A stretch of 64,000 nucleotides of DNA from Owenia fusiformis. Taxonomy: Eukaryota. Positions 33,801 through 64,000 of this stretch are shown here, piece after piece (within the stretch, counting starts at the first letter, position 1; the number at the start of each line of letters is the position of its first letter). The notes under the pieces were generated by a model that was given only the letters and a program-made list of their open reading frames with translations, searched no databases and was not told where the DNA came from. The stretch is from NCBI GenBank assembly GCA_903813345.2, contig CAIIXF020000001.1:28334001-28398000 (forward strand), written 5' to 3'. The position numbers and the translations under genes are program-made.

Positions 33801-36800
33801 TCCCAGAACTGTCTTCGACAAATCAGATGTCTATAGTTTCTATACTTTCTATACTTTCGATCTGCTTTTTCTCATAACTGTCTTCGACAAATCAGATGTC
33901 TACAGTTTCTATACTTTCTATCTGCTTTTCACAAAACTGTCTTTGACAAATAAGATGTCTATAGTTTCTATACTTTCTATCTGCTATTTCCCAGAACTGT
34001 ATTCGACATATCAGATGCATTCGATCTGCTTTTTCCCAGAAATGTCTTAGACAAATCAAATGTCTATAGTTTCTATACTTTCTATGCTTTTCCCAATAAC
34101 TGTCTTCGACAAATCAGATGTCTATAGTTTCTATACTTTCTATACTTTCGATCTGCTTTTCCCCATAACTGTCTTCGACAAATCAAATGTCTATAGTTTC
34201 CATACTTTCGATCTGCTTTTCGAAATAACTGTCTTCGACAAAATCAGATGTCTATAGTTTCTATACTTTCGATCTGCTTTTCCCCATAACTGTCTTCGAC
34301 AAATCAAATGTCTATAGTTTCTATACTTTCTATACTTTCGATCTGCTTTTCCCCATAACTGTCTTCGACAAATCAGATGTCTATAGTTTCTATACTTTCT
34401 ATCTGCTTTTCCCCATAACTGTCTTCGACAAATCAGATGTTTTACAATGTATAGAAAGTATCGAAAGTATAGAAAGTATAGACATAGGGATTTCGCCAAA
34501 ATGTAAAGTATAGAAAGTATCGGAAGTATAGACATAGGGAATTCACCAAAATCAAAAGTATAGACAGTATAGAAAGTATAGACATGTATAGACTTTAGAG
34601 AGTCCAATCGTCTAAGAATGAAAAAAGTATCATTAAAAAAAGCAGTTCGAAAGTATAGAAAGTATAGAATATGCCATAATTTTGGATATACATGGAGTAT
34701 TCTGCTTTAATTATTAGACTCCAGATGTCAATCTGGAGTCTATTGTTTTTGCCAGTATTCTTATTCTTCTTCTTCTTATTATTCTTTAAGAGTTTTTTCA
34801 ATAACTATAAGGTATCCAGTAAAGACCATAATACAGTTTATTTAGGTTCAGTATCTAGTTGGTGGGAAATTGGGTCAAATTTTTATCTAGGTCAAAGGTC
34901 AGGATCTGGGTCAAATCCAGTACTTTGTCACTTTTTTCGATTTTCTCAGTCGTCCTTCAATATTTTCGATCCGGGTTTTTTTCATTGTGTTCCTCATAAA
35001 GAAGTAGGAAATCTAGGGTCGATTTAGTTTTTTGATATCTCGAACCGATTTCGAGATATCAGTGTCCGAAAACGAGGTCCGAAAAAAAGTTCTCCGAATT
35101 CAATGTCAAGGGTATTCCCCTTATAGGAAATTTTCTCAGGATTCCGAATCTGAAAACCGAATTGAAATCCGACTTCCGGTTCAAAAGTTATGACGTTTTG
35201 AAAGTTCTAGAAAAATCGATCTGATGGTACCCTCATAGAAAGTCAAGAAAAGTGAAAAAAATTGAAAAAATACCAGTCCAGTCATTTCCAGGTCCAGGTC
35301 AAGGTCCAGTCCGAGTCCAAGTCCAGCGTTGGTCCAGGTTCAAGTCAAGTCTAGGTCTAAATCCAGTCCAGGGCCTAGGTCAAAATCTAGGTCAAATTCA
35401 AAGTTTTTCCATATTTTTGCGATTCTGACACTACACTTAAATTATATTCTTCGAAATTTTGTATACATGTAGCCAATAGTGTGTAAATAGTGTTAGCCTT
35501 TTGCCGTCAGAAAGTATTTTGACCCACTTTTGAGATATGGTGTCCGAAAAGTAGGTCAAAATAAAAAGTTCTTCAAATTGAACGTATGAGTTATGAATTA
35601 AGGATAGAATTTTCCCAGGAATCCGATTCTGCAAACCAAATTTGATCCGACTTCTGGTTCGGAAGTTATGGCGTTTTGAAAGCTCAAAATCGCTAAATTT
35701 GGAGCCCCATGTTAAGTCAATGGGAAAAAAAGATTTTTTTGAAGTGTAAAATACAAGATATTGACTGAATACAGCTTAATATAATGAAAGCTTTTAAAAG
35801 AAGAAGACCTCAAAGCCACCTAGAATCAAAATTTGGTCAGCAAAATGCCTAGGTCAAAATCTAGGTCAAATTCATAGTTTTTCTTTATTTTTGCGATTCT
35901 GACACTATATTTTCATGATTTGCTTCAAAATTTTGTAGACAGGTAGGAAAGAGTGTGCTAATAGTGTTAGCTTTTTGCCATCATGAAGTATTTCAACCCA
36001 CTTTTGAGATATGGTGTCCGAAATGTAGGTCAAAATAAAAAAAAATTCCAAATTTAACATATGAGTTATGAATTAAGGGTAGAATTTTCTCAGGAATCCG
36101 AGTCTGCAAACCAAATTTCGATCCGACTTCCGGTTCGAAAGTTATGGCGTTTTGAAATTTCGAGAAAAATCGATCTGATGGTTTCCTGATAGAAAGTCAA
36201 GAGTAGAGAAGAAAATATTGAAAAATGCATCCATCCTTCCTTTGTGATCCTATCGTATCCTTCTTATCTACCTTTCCTTCGTATTCTCTCCTTCCTATCC
36301 TTCCTATTCTATTCCTTCTTCCTATTCTATTCTATCATTCTTTCCTATTCTATCCTATCGTTCCTTCCTATTTTAGCCTATCCTTCCTTCCTTTTTCATC
36401 CATCCATCCATCTTTTTCTGGATGACTCAGCTTATTTTGGATGACTAGGCTTATTCTGGATGACTCGGCTAAAAAAAAGTCTAGATCTGGAGTCTGAAAT
36501 TGAACTTCGTTCAATTTCCAAAGTCTAGTTACATTTATATTCACACTAGTATTTTGTTGACCTATATTCAGCACTGTATTGATGTATAGGCCACTTATTA
36601 GGGTCATAATTCAATCATGAAGTGTAGAGGCATATGATTCCAAACCAGGAAGTATTTTTGTGTCTGTCAAAATCCATTTGCATCCTACGCATCCCTACAT
36701 CTTATCCAAATATGTTACTACATAATGAAATAAAATAGTATATTCTTTGGTTTTACAAAGTTGTATGATTTTTGATAAGTGTAAAAGTTGTTTTTGGAGC

Positions 36801-39800
36801 ATTTTTCTATAGCCATTTTGTAGGGAAAAAATGATGAAAAAATGTACAATCTTTTAATTTTAAGTATGACCTGAATCGATTGCAAACTTCATATTTGCAC
36901 ATTTGATGAGATAAACCATTAGTGCCATATTGTGAAATTACTAAGTTTGCAATCGATTCAGGTCATAGTGTATTTTTGGTATTCGTGTGATAATTAATAG
37001 AAACCAATGGCCTCTATTGGGATCTGCTAATATCCTCATGTTAAGTCAATGAAGCACAGCCCCATGTAAGGCAATACAACCTTACTAAACTAAATGGCCC
37101 CTATCTCAGCCTATGTGTGCCCGAGCATTTTAATATTTTCCAAAGAGTTATACCTTATTAGATGCAGTAAAGGAGTTAAATCATTGGGATCTGAATAAAT
37201 CATGCAAAACATGTTTTGTACATATTTCTCATCATTTAGGGTTACCCAGTAGTTTACAAGCTGACCTTTGCAAAATATATTTCACTTACTATCCTCATTC
37301 GCTATCACCCTATCTAGTTTCTTTCCAAATTGGCCTGGATTGCCTGGTTTATTGGTTTTAGCGAACCATCCATTTCGTCGAACCATCATTTTGCTAAGGT
37401 TGTTTGTGATGAATATACAATATTCAGTTACATATAACTGTACAGCAACTTTATGCAAGGGAAGGTAATTGTGTGAGAGCACATAAAGTAAATGAAGTAT
37501 TGACCCACTTGTCTCAGTGAATCTTATAAACAGTGCATAAAGTTTTTTCTATGCAATGATTGGCTCACAGTTACTTATAGTGTAAGTTATTTTATTTCTA
37601 TACAGTGTGGAATAGAGTGTATAAACTTTTACAGTTTCAAGCAGGTTTTAGTGTTTTCTGACCAATGAAATATTCAGACTTATTCATTTCACGATTATGT
37701 AATACTGACCTACATATCTGTATAGCATATCTTTAACTAATAAACTATACTTTTACATGAGAAAGTCTTAGTTGTGTTTTATTTACATTGAGTTCTACAT
37801 TATTCTAATAATTTAGGTGGGCTATTTTATGACATACAGGGTGGTCCAAAAAAAAGTGAACCCCTGCAACAGGCTACAATTTTCTTAATACATGCATGAA
37901 TTGGCTCATATTATCACATGTTGTAGAGAAAGGTCTAAAATTTTGGTTCATGCCATAATTTATCCTCAGTCTTAAATTTTGAAAAAATTACAAGCATTTA
38001 ACAAACATGCCTGGAAATTAGATATTGTACAAAATTTTACAAATGTGATTCACGGAAATTGTTGAAACACATTGGTTGATCTTAAGCAGCTTTCAGTTAG
38101 AGATACAAGTTAAAAACCCTACCATATGACAAAAGGGACACTATTCAAGCAGAAAACACATTTCACACTTTCATTGATCATTTTGAAGCATTTTTAAATG
38201 TTCAACAGTTCAGGGGTATGTTACCTCCAGCAACAGTTAGAGGGGGGCCTCTCATGGAAGGAAGTTGCCCCCTGTGACCAGGAATCTGGTAACCCCTTCA
38301 TCAAATATCTTTAAAAAATCAAAAGAAAATCCAATACTCAATGTTTTGAGCCATATATCATTAGAATTGGTTCATGATTTATGAAGATATTGACATTTCA
38401 AGATCATATAGAGGTATGTTCATGATTTCACTAGAAAATGTTTTCGTCTATGGAAGCTTAGCACATCTCTTTGGATCACAATAACTTTGCAACTAACAAA
38501 TTTAGGATGCTAGTTTTAAGCCATAATGTGCAAGATTTAAAATTGAACAAAGTCAGAAAATATTAGTTCTTTAAGACTGCAGCTTAAAAAATTCTCGGGG
38601 GAAAGGTGTTAAAGGGTTGAACAATCGCGGATATTGAAAATCACAATTTGTCCATTTTCAGTAATGTTTGGTTAGAGCTTATAATTTCTGCAAATTTCAA
38701 GACTAAGAAAAATGTATGGACCCAACATAAATTTTAGACCTTCCTCTACAACATGTGAAAATAAAAAATAATTCCTGCAAGTAATAAGGGAAATATGGCC
38801 AGTTGCAGGGGTTCACTTTTTTTTGGACCACCCTGTAAAGTGGGCAACTAGTTGAAAAACTTGCAATGTCAAGAAATTAGTTGGCAACAAAACCATTACT
38901 CGGATTACTTTATATTTCAGGATGCTAGGTGGGGTGTTGTCAAAATAATAAGGGTACTAATGGTCTCAGGGCCCTAGGTGGCCTACTACAAAAATTAATT
39001 AGGCCACTTTGTGTTTCAGGACATACACTCCCCTCCATAAGTTTGGCAACCTTAGCTCCCCCATTGAACTGCGTGTTAAGCCTCTTGACGTTTGAATTTT
39101 TATTTACTTAACCGGCGATGAAATAACTTATAATATTGATGAAAACATAACTTGACTTTATTTCCAATACCTTCAAATTTTCTCAATTTTTTTCCTCAAT
39201 TACAATAGGTCAAAAACTGATGACAAATTTGATGAATTTTTGAAAATCATCATTGCCATGTAATCCAATGGGAAATGGAGGGTTCGGGGCAAATCAGAAA
39301 TCAGGATATCTTTTCAGTAAAAGATTCAACAAAAAATATTTTTATATAGAAAATTGAATTGTCTAATTTTTTTGTGCACTAAGTGTTTAGTTTATTTTAG
39401 GAATACTAAAGTTACAGCGCTTCAAAGTCATTTTTGAAAATAATTTTTCATTTCCTGTGTTATTTCAATGGGAGAGGATTTTTGAAAAACAATTTTGACT
39501 TTAAAGCCCTATAACTTTGTTGAACCTGAAGAAACATATCAATTTTTTGTTAAATAAAGTTAGCAAATTCAATTGCCTGCCTAGCTCGTATTTTTTGCAA
39601 GGACTCGGATGGATGGATATTCTGTCATATGACTTGCGGCAAACCTACCATTTCCCATTGGTTAACATGGGAATGTCGATTTTCAAAAATTCATCAAATT
39701 TATCGTCAAATTTCGACTTATTGTAATTGAGGAAAAAAATTGAGAAAATTTTGAGGTATTGGAAATAAAGTCAAATTACGTTTCCATCAATAGTATAAGT

Positions 39801-42235
39801 ATTTTCATCGCAGATTAAGTAAATGAAAATTCAAAGGTAAAGAGGCTTTAACACGTAGTTCAATGGGGGAGCTAAGGTTGCCAAACTTATGGAGGGGAGT
39901 GTATGTTGGGCTACCATAAAAAAGTTCATATAATTAGATCTCAGTACATAAGGTCATATTGTGTTTCAGAAATCAGTGTTTTAAAGGGTGACGCATATCG
40001 TTTAGCAAATCGAACGCTCGTTTCTGGTGTTGCTCACCGTTTAGTATAAAAGGCCCGATCCCGGAATAATACTCAAGGGTTTACAGGTTCGAGGTCCTTG
40101 TGTCAACACCTCTAACTGTTATATAGCATAAGTATATTATAGATCGTCACACATTTATAAAAGGGTGGTTTTTATTTTGACAAATCAATTCCACATTTAT
40201 GGGCGAAGTTTCAAGATCTTCTATTTGTGTATAATAAGGAAAAATAGGCATCTAAATTTCCCCATAACGTAATAGCACACAGCTTGGCATATGAAATATC
40301 CTACAAATGAAACAAAGCAAGACAAACCGGTTTCTAATACAAGAATTTATATTGGCTGTTGTACATGTATTATTTGAACGCAATCACTCTTTGGATAACG
40401 TTTTCAAAATCATTATAAACGGATTACTTTATCTTAAAGACAATTTCAATAAACTGTATTTTACAGAACTCCCCTTATTTCTTAAAAATGGACTGATCCA
40501 GTTGATTCGCCTGGAGCCGCCATATTGTTTTTATACGGGATGCTAATCGGAACCCTTTAAGACTCTAGTCTAGGTAGATAACCATAAAAGAAATTAGATG
40601 ACTAGATTGGTTCCTTGTTTTAAGACAGTTGGGTGGCTACTATGAACAAGACATTAACATGCAAAATGTCTCCACCTGCCATTTGATACAGATGCTGACT
40701 ACGAAACACCAATCAGATGGAGATTATAATAATATGTCACCTCTTCTGGTGTTACAAAGAAACAACTATATCATATTGTATTTTAAGACGCAATGTAGGC
40801 TACTAAATGATCATATGATCATATCATCTTATGTTTCAGGACCCTAGGTGGAATATTAGATGAGAACTGTCACTGTTATACACTGGAGGTATCATTCTTT
40901 AGCTACATGACTAACAGTTCCAGCAACGCCCTTCCATACACAGAAGAAGCATGTATCCTTAAAACAAATAATTTTGCAGATTAAAATACTCATCCTGATT
41001 CACCATTATGAGAACTTTTCAAGTAATTTTAGGCTAAAATTGTCAAATGTGAACCTCTTGTGGAAATATTTGGAAAGTATCTACATAAGCTAAAAGTGTC
41101 ACCAGAACAAAAGTTATTGTATATAATTAATTGGACTTCATATCATAATATAAGGTTATTCCCATATCAAATATAAGGTAAAGAATTTTTATTCCATATT
41201 ACTGCTGTTTTCCCAGGGAAATATGAAGGAATAAAATCGTATTGAATCGTATTACATGAAAAAATCGTATTGTCCCTGGGAAAAAATCGTATTGGAGCAT
41301 ATTAACCTATTTTCTGGATTATTTGCATTATTCAAATGTAGCATTTTAGATGGGTGTATTATGGAATAAATAGGTTATTTCTGGTTGGGATTGAATATGG
41401 GTTTTATTCCGAGGGACAATATGATATTGACCGAAGGGTAATCATCTATCCTTAATGTTGGGTCTTTTAGGATAAGGAGTCAAAAAATCAAGAATTTTCA
41501 ATAGATCACTCTTGAAGAGCACAAATAAATGCTAAAAACACAGTTAACAAGATTCTTAACCCCATTGCAAGATATGAAACTAGGACGCAATCTAGCCAGG
41601 ACATTCCTAGATTACTACAAGCTAACTGGATACATCAGCTCTAAGCCGAGTAGCAGCCTAGTACCCAAGCCTGGGAGACATAGCGCTAGGGAGAGGCATC
41701 GCGAGAGGGGGTCTTCTGAGAGAGCAGCATCAGAACCCACTGTGAGAGTCTCAAATGATGAGAGGTATGTGTTCAATGTTCTTTTGTTTTACTTTCTAAG
41801 TTTCTTACTTAAACTTAAATTATTGTTTTCTAAATAGCCCTAAGGTTGATATTATATGATTTATCCCATGATATCTAATATTTATAGTTGAATGATGCAA
41901 GGATATGATGCGGGGAAATCATAAATTAACCAAAGTCATAATAAGCGAACTTGAAGGAATATGTTTCTAATTTTGATAATTGCTTAACAGCCAAATAACT
42001 ATGATGTACATGTATATGTTTAACAATTACACAATGTTTATTATGTATTATCATGAAGTTATTATGCGTAATTAGAATCATATAAGCCAGATAATGTTAT
42101 ATTTTATCCAGGTATGATAATAGAGGGAGTCAGGGCAGGCTGATGTTCGAGAGGCCTACAATGGGGAGTAATGTCAGCTCTGGAAGCTTTGGAGAGACAC
42201 AGTTTAGACTACAACATAGAGGGAATAGACCTTGA
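24895..42235 (+). CDS. AGBL4: Cytosolic carboxypeptidase 6 (tubulin deglutamylase, M14 family), complete, 12 exons
   Basis: Exons 24895-24916, 27110-27235, 27473-27597, 28003-28097, 28449-28665, 28973-29105, 29347-29461, 29850-29961, 30170-30372, 40840-40952, 41572-41764, 42112-42235 join in frame. Motifs [78 protein letters not shown] match AGBL4/CCP6. Confidence 0.95.
25242..26497. mobile_element. Non-autonomous DNA transposon, TIR CAGTGGAGACGAYAACCCCATT, 5-bp TSD (ataaa), with a nested MITE
   Basis: TIRs at both ends and identical 5-bp flanks. Confidence 0.8.
25552..25741. mobile_element. MITE, TIR CAGGCCCGTAGCCAGG, 5-bp TSD (caact)
   Basis: TIR and TSD seen. Confidence 0.9.
27607..27880. 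repeat. ~114-bp tandem repeat, ~2.5 copies, AGBL4 intron 3
   Basis: ggttgacytgaattaa.. recurs at ~27607, 27721 and 27835. Confidence 0.8.
30558..30703. mobile_element. Decayed copy of the CAGGCCCGTAGC MITE
   Basis: Intact left TIR, degenerate right TIR; flanks tgtat / cgtat. Confidence 0.7.
33471..34702. repeat. Foldback-like element: inverted arms built from a ~50-60-bp tandem repeat (gtctatagtttctatactttcgatctgctttt..gacaaatcagat)
   Basis: Array runs forward to ~34440, then inverted; the ends gagtattc..gtatatccagaattatggca and tgccataattttggatatac..gagtattc are inverted repeats. Confidence 0.8.
34711..36530 (+). mobile_element. Helentron/HINE (DINE-1-like) non-autonomous rolling-circle element with internal ~474-bp tandem repeats
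   Basis: 5' tagactccagat..atctggagtcta stem followed by a (ttc)n microsatellite; 3' subterminal atctggagtct, hairpin gaaattgaac-ttc-gttcaatttc (36496-36518) and ctag-tt end; repeat units at ~35378 and ~35852. Confidence 0.75.
36865..36967. repeat. Perfect 25-bp inverted repeat (tiny TA-flanked MITE or hairpin)
   Basis: tatgacctgaatcgattgcaaactt ...53 nt... aagtttgcaatcgattcaggtcata. Confidence 0.8.
37837..38835. mobile_element. Tc1/mariner-type MITE
   Basis: TIR cagggtggtccaaaaaaaagtgaacccctgcaac, TA flanks. Confidence 0.9.
39026..39901. mobile_element. Tc1/mariner-type MITE with long (~240 bp) TIRs
   Basis: TIR cactcccctccataagtttggcaaccttagctccccc, TA flanks. Confidence 0.9.
39985..40556. 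mobile_element. Possible Kolobok-like element (AGGGT..ACCCT, TTAA flanks)
   Basis: Short imperfect TIR between ttaa sites. Confidence 0.4.
40953..41571 (+). other. U12-type (minor spliceosome) GT-AG intron in AGBL4
   Basis: 5' splice site GTATCCTT; branch-like TTCTTAAC ending 11 nt before the 3' AG; no polypyrimidine tract; splicing restores EEAY|MKLGRN. Confidence 0.8.
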
Positions 42236-43363
42236 ATGAAGTCTTGTGAATAGTCTATGAATTTTAGTGAAAAATGCCCTGGATTTTACTAGGGAGCTTA
42301 ACTGTGCATTAAGTACATACATGTACAAGAACTGATATAGGCCGACATTGAAAAGTGCCTCGGTTTTCATTGAAAATGGCAGTGTGATTCTTCTGGATAT
42401 GAAAAGCCCTGAAACTACATGTACCTCAGAGTAAACTGGTCCAGAATTCTCTCATGGGAAAATACCTTTATTCACATGAAGAAATTAGGCACTGAATTTT
42501 TAGAATTGGCATAAATGTGCATAATTGGCTGATGCTGAATGGTGATGAATTGGACATATCTTTTTATAATCTTTTTTATATATCACTCAAATGCTTTACT
42601 CACTTCACTGATAGTATTTATCATCAAGAACTTCTTATAATCATAATGCTCAATGGAGAATACATAAAATAAAAGATATATGCAAGAAGTTTTCGATGGT
42701 ATTTTATTATGATGTTCATCACAATATTCCCCACTGTATCACAAATCTAGTCCAAGAAACACTAGTCTTGGTACAAAGACTAATTGTGAATGTTTTGTTT
42801 CATAGAATCAACAAGAACAATCAAGTATAGAACATTCATGTACATTTGAGTTTGGAATATCAACGAATTTATTGAACATGTACATGAATTCCATTCTCGA
42901 ATGAATCCGTCCAAAATAAATTGAGATATGTTTATTTAAATATGCAGAATTATAATGTTTCTTCTGAACGATTAAACTATTTATGTATAAAAATGTAAGT
43001 ATGAATTATTAGATCAAAGTGGATCTAGCAGAAATAAAAGGCCAGTATAATAGTTAATCATTTTCTCTTGTTAAACTATGAGAATGTTGTTATTTGGGTA
43101 GCTTCTAGCTGGTAGCATTGTCTATTGTCTAATTGAGCCACGTAGGTTATCGCAAACAATTTCACATGATTGTATCTTGGATTATGAATATTTTCTCATG
43201 ACGAAGGCAGGCATATCTTTTAGATTTATTCATTATCTTCATAAAAAGAATATTAAATGATAATTAAGAAGTTTATCAGACTAAGTTATATTAAAGGGGC
43301 AATGAACCATCAACTTACTTTTTAAAAGAAGTTCCCCTAATTTTCACTGAAAAGGCAACCTTT

Positions 43364-44121
43364 TATTATGTCACAACTTTTTGGTGGTGACATATTTATT
43401 TTGACGGCGGATGCCAGTTGGTGATCAGCGTCTGTAACAAATTCTTACAACTTCCAATAACTTAACAAATACTGTTTAGACTGACTTCAATTTTTTTTTC
43501 AAAATCATCAAGTTTTCAGAAGTTCAAATCTGACTTTATATTTAAGATTTGACCTTCAAGGTCAAAAATGTCAAAAAAATCTTTTTTCAACTTGCTTCAA
43601 ATAGACAAAAAAAAAATTTCAAAATCATCTTCAAGTTATCAGAAGTTCAAATCTGACTAGATTTGACCTACAATGACCTTTTCAAGGTCAAAAAAGCTCA
43701 AAAAGGTATTTTTTCAACTTGCTTCAAATTGAGCAATTTCTTTTTTCAAAATCATCTACAAATTCTCAAAAGTTCAAATCTGGCTATAGAATTGACCTTC
43801 AATGACATTCTCAAGGTCAAAAAATATATTTTACCTTCAATGACCTTCTCAAGGTCAAAAAGGTCTTTTTTCATCTTTCTTCAGATTGACCATTTTTTTT
43901 TCAAAATCATCTACAAGTTCTTTGAAGTTCAAACCTGACTTTAGATTTGAGAATTCACCTTCAATGACCTTCTCAGGGTCAAAAAGGTATTTTTTCAAAT
44001 TGACCAATTTATTTTTTCAAAATCATCTACAAGTTGTCAGGAATTTAAATCTTACTTAAGATTGAACACATAATATTGTGAGCAACTAGGTGGTGACATT
44101 TTGTCATGGTAAAGCCTTGTT
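43364..44121 (+). mobile_element. HINE/pearl-like non-autonomous element with internal tandem repeats
   Basis: 5' stem tgtcac..ggtggtgaca, repeated tttttcaaaatcatc..agttcaaatctgac units, 3' ggtggtgaca..cttgtt; near-identical to the inverted copy at 57895-58197. Confidence 0.7.
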
Positions 44122-45520
44122 ATGTTTAATGCTAATTAGAATGTACTTTAAGACATTCTTGTTTTCCTTAAAGTGGAATACTCCAGGGACTTTAAAGATA
44201 CTGAATTTTGATGACCAAAATGAGCTACAATCAATGGATAGCATGAGTTTTTCTATGGGGAAATAACACGGGGAACACTAATCTAAGGGCAATTCAGTTT
44301 TCCTTTCAAGAACTAATTGATACATCAAAATATTAGTAAAGAATACTGAATGCTTTAAACATTTTCAAAAAGGTGACTTTGGTGAAAATGAGGTCAACTT
44401 CATTGAAAATGTATGATGATGGGTTGATTGGACCCTTAATATCACCAAGTTCAATTGGCTTAATTATCATTTCACTTTAATTTGAGATAATTTTTTCCAT
44501 TGTTCCATTTTATTTCAACCATTCAATAATATAATTGCCATGGTTAATTTAAAATAACATTAGTGGCAATTATAAGGTAATGAATGGATGTAAAAGATGC
44601 ACTGGTCTTCATGGTCAGAAAATAGTCATAATCTAAGACATAACCATCTGAAATTGTTTGAGGGAACATACGTGGTCTTCTGAAGATACCAGAATTTGCA
44701 ATAATCATAATTGATCAAATGGATCAGAAAGATGACTCATCCCAAAACACAATTCTTATCAGAAGATCCCTTAATTTCAATCTCACAAATTAATTTTGAT
44801 CATTTTCGTGAGTGAGCTCATATATTCACTTTCAACCAAATAATAATATCACACATTCCAGTTGGATTTCGCCACCATTTTAATTCATTTAACTTTAAGC
44901 ATCTACTTTATTTAACATGACATGAACTGACGGACACATTGTTTATTTAATATACTGCATTGTGATATATTTCAACCATAAGGCACAACCATCTACATAC
45001 AATACAGTAATGAAAATATGAACAATTCAACATTTTACCTAGGATCAAGTAGGAATAGTAATGATTGTTACATACATAGATAATGGTCCATTGGGTTAGG
45101 AACATGTATTGACAGTTAAACCTTTGTTATTGGAGCACCTTTTGATACCTCAAAATAGTGTTTGGCTTTGGAGGTATTACACTTATAGAGGTTCATTTTA
45201 TATAGAGTCAATGGATAACAGAACTTAGAAAAATATTCCACTCAAGTGTGTTCCAAAGGTTTTACTATATTATAAAAATTCCTCTGAAATCAGACTTGGC
45301 TAGAGCTCACAAAAGAGATGCAGGTCTTTATTTGTCCAATACGGCAAATCTGGGATGACTATCTGAATGCTTGCTTTTAAAAAGAAAAGGAAGATGAAGT
45401 GTTTTTTAGGAGCATCTCAAATACTGCATTTCCAATCTAACTTGGAAATATAAGAAGTCTCTTGTTGAATTGTTTGTGATGTCATCTCTGATCCATTAAG
45501 TCATCCATTGTTGCATTCAG

Positions 45521-63719
<18,199 letters not shown>

Positions 63720-64000
63720 CTAAAATAGAATACAGAACATGTGTAGAACACCACATAAACATGCATATTAACAAGGAATTAACATGCAAAATGTCACAAC
63801 CTACTTTTGTTACAGACGCAGACCATGCAAAGCTATTTGTTACAGATGCTAAATACCAACTGCCAAATGCTGAACACCGACCAGAAACAAATCGGAAACT
63901 ATAACAATATGTCACCACATCTGGTGGTGACATAACAAAATCATGAAACATATCCACCCCAGTGTGTGCACATCTTTGTTCATTGGACTCCCGCCAATCA

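Noticed and set aside
33393-34607. Long ORFs (193, 138 and 98 aa) with repeated YSFYTF / KYRNYRH motifs
   Set aside because: Translations of a tandem repeat array; no splice or domain support.
30373-40839. A nested BEN-domain gene as in vertebrate AGBL4
   Set aside because: No BEN-like coding exons seen on either strand.
43291-44439. Possible Kolobok-like element enclosing the HINE
   Set aside because: TIR match is short and imperfect; boundaries not secure.

Overview
AT-rich, intron-rich animal genomic DNA (invertebrate; a lophotrochozoan-type genome is my inference from the repeat landscape). It holds three spliced genes. (1) An ELAV/Hu RNA-binding protein gene on the minus strand, from a first coding exon near 19.4 kb (with a possible distal exon near 23.9 kb) running off the left edge. 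(2) A complete 12-exon cytosolic carboxypeptidase 6 gene (AGBL4/CCP6) on the plus strand, 24895-42235, head-to-head with ELAV. (3) The 3' 24 exons of the RNA polymerase I largest subunit (POLR1A) on the minus strand, from 45521 past the right edge, with a decayed Mag-type Gypsy LTR retrotransposon in one intron. Introns are full of MITEs, Helentron-like non-autonomous elements and tandem repeats. The most striking signal is missed by the ORF track: the ELAV exon encoding the RRM1-RRM2 linker and first half of RRM2 is present twice (4745-4898 and 4517-4670, both 154 nt and intact, 14 amino-acid differences, many synonymous differences). The copies are separated by a 74-nt intron with a perfect TACTAAC branch point only 41 nt from the upstream donor, consistent with a sterically enforced mutually exclusive exon switch. 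Also notable are a candidate recursive splice site in ELAV, a U12-type intron in AGBL4, ELAV-AGBL4 linkage matching vertebrate ELAVL4-AGBL4, and several CAG-ended transposons with 5-bp target-site duplications (TSDs). Exon coordinates were read by hand; no searches were run.
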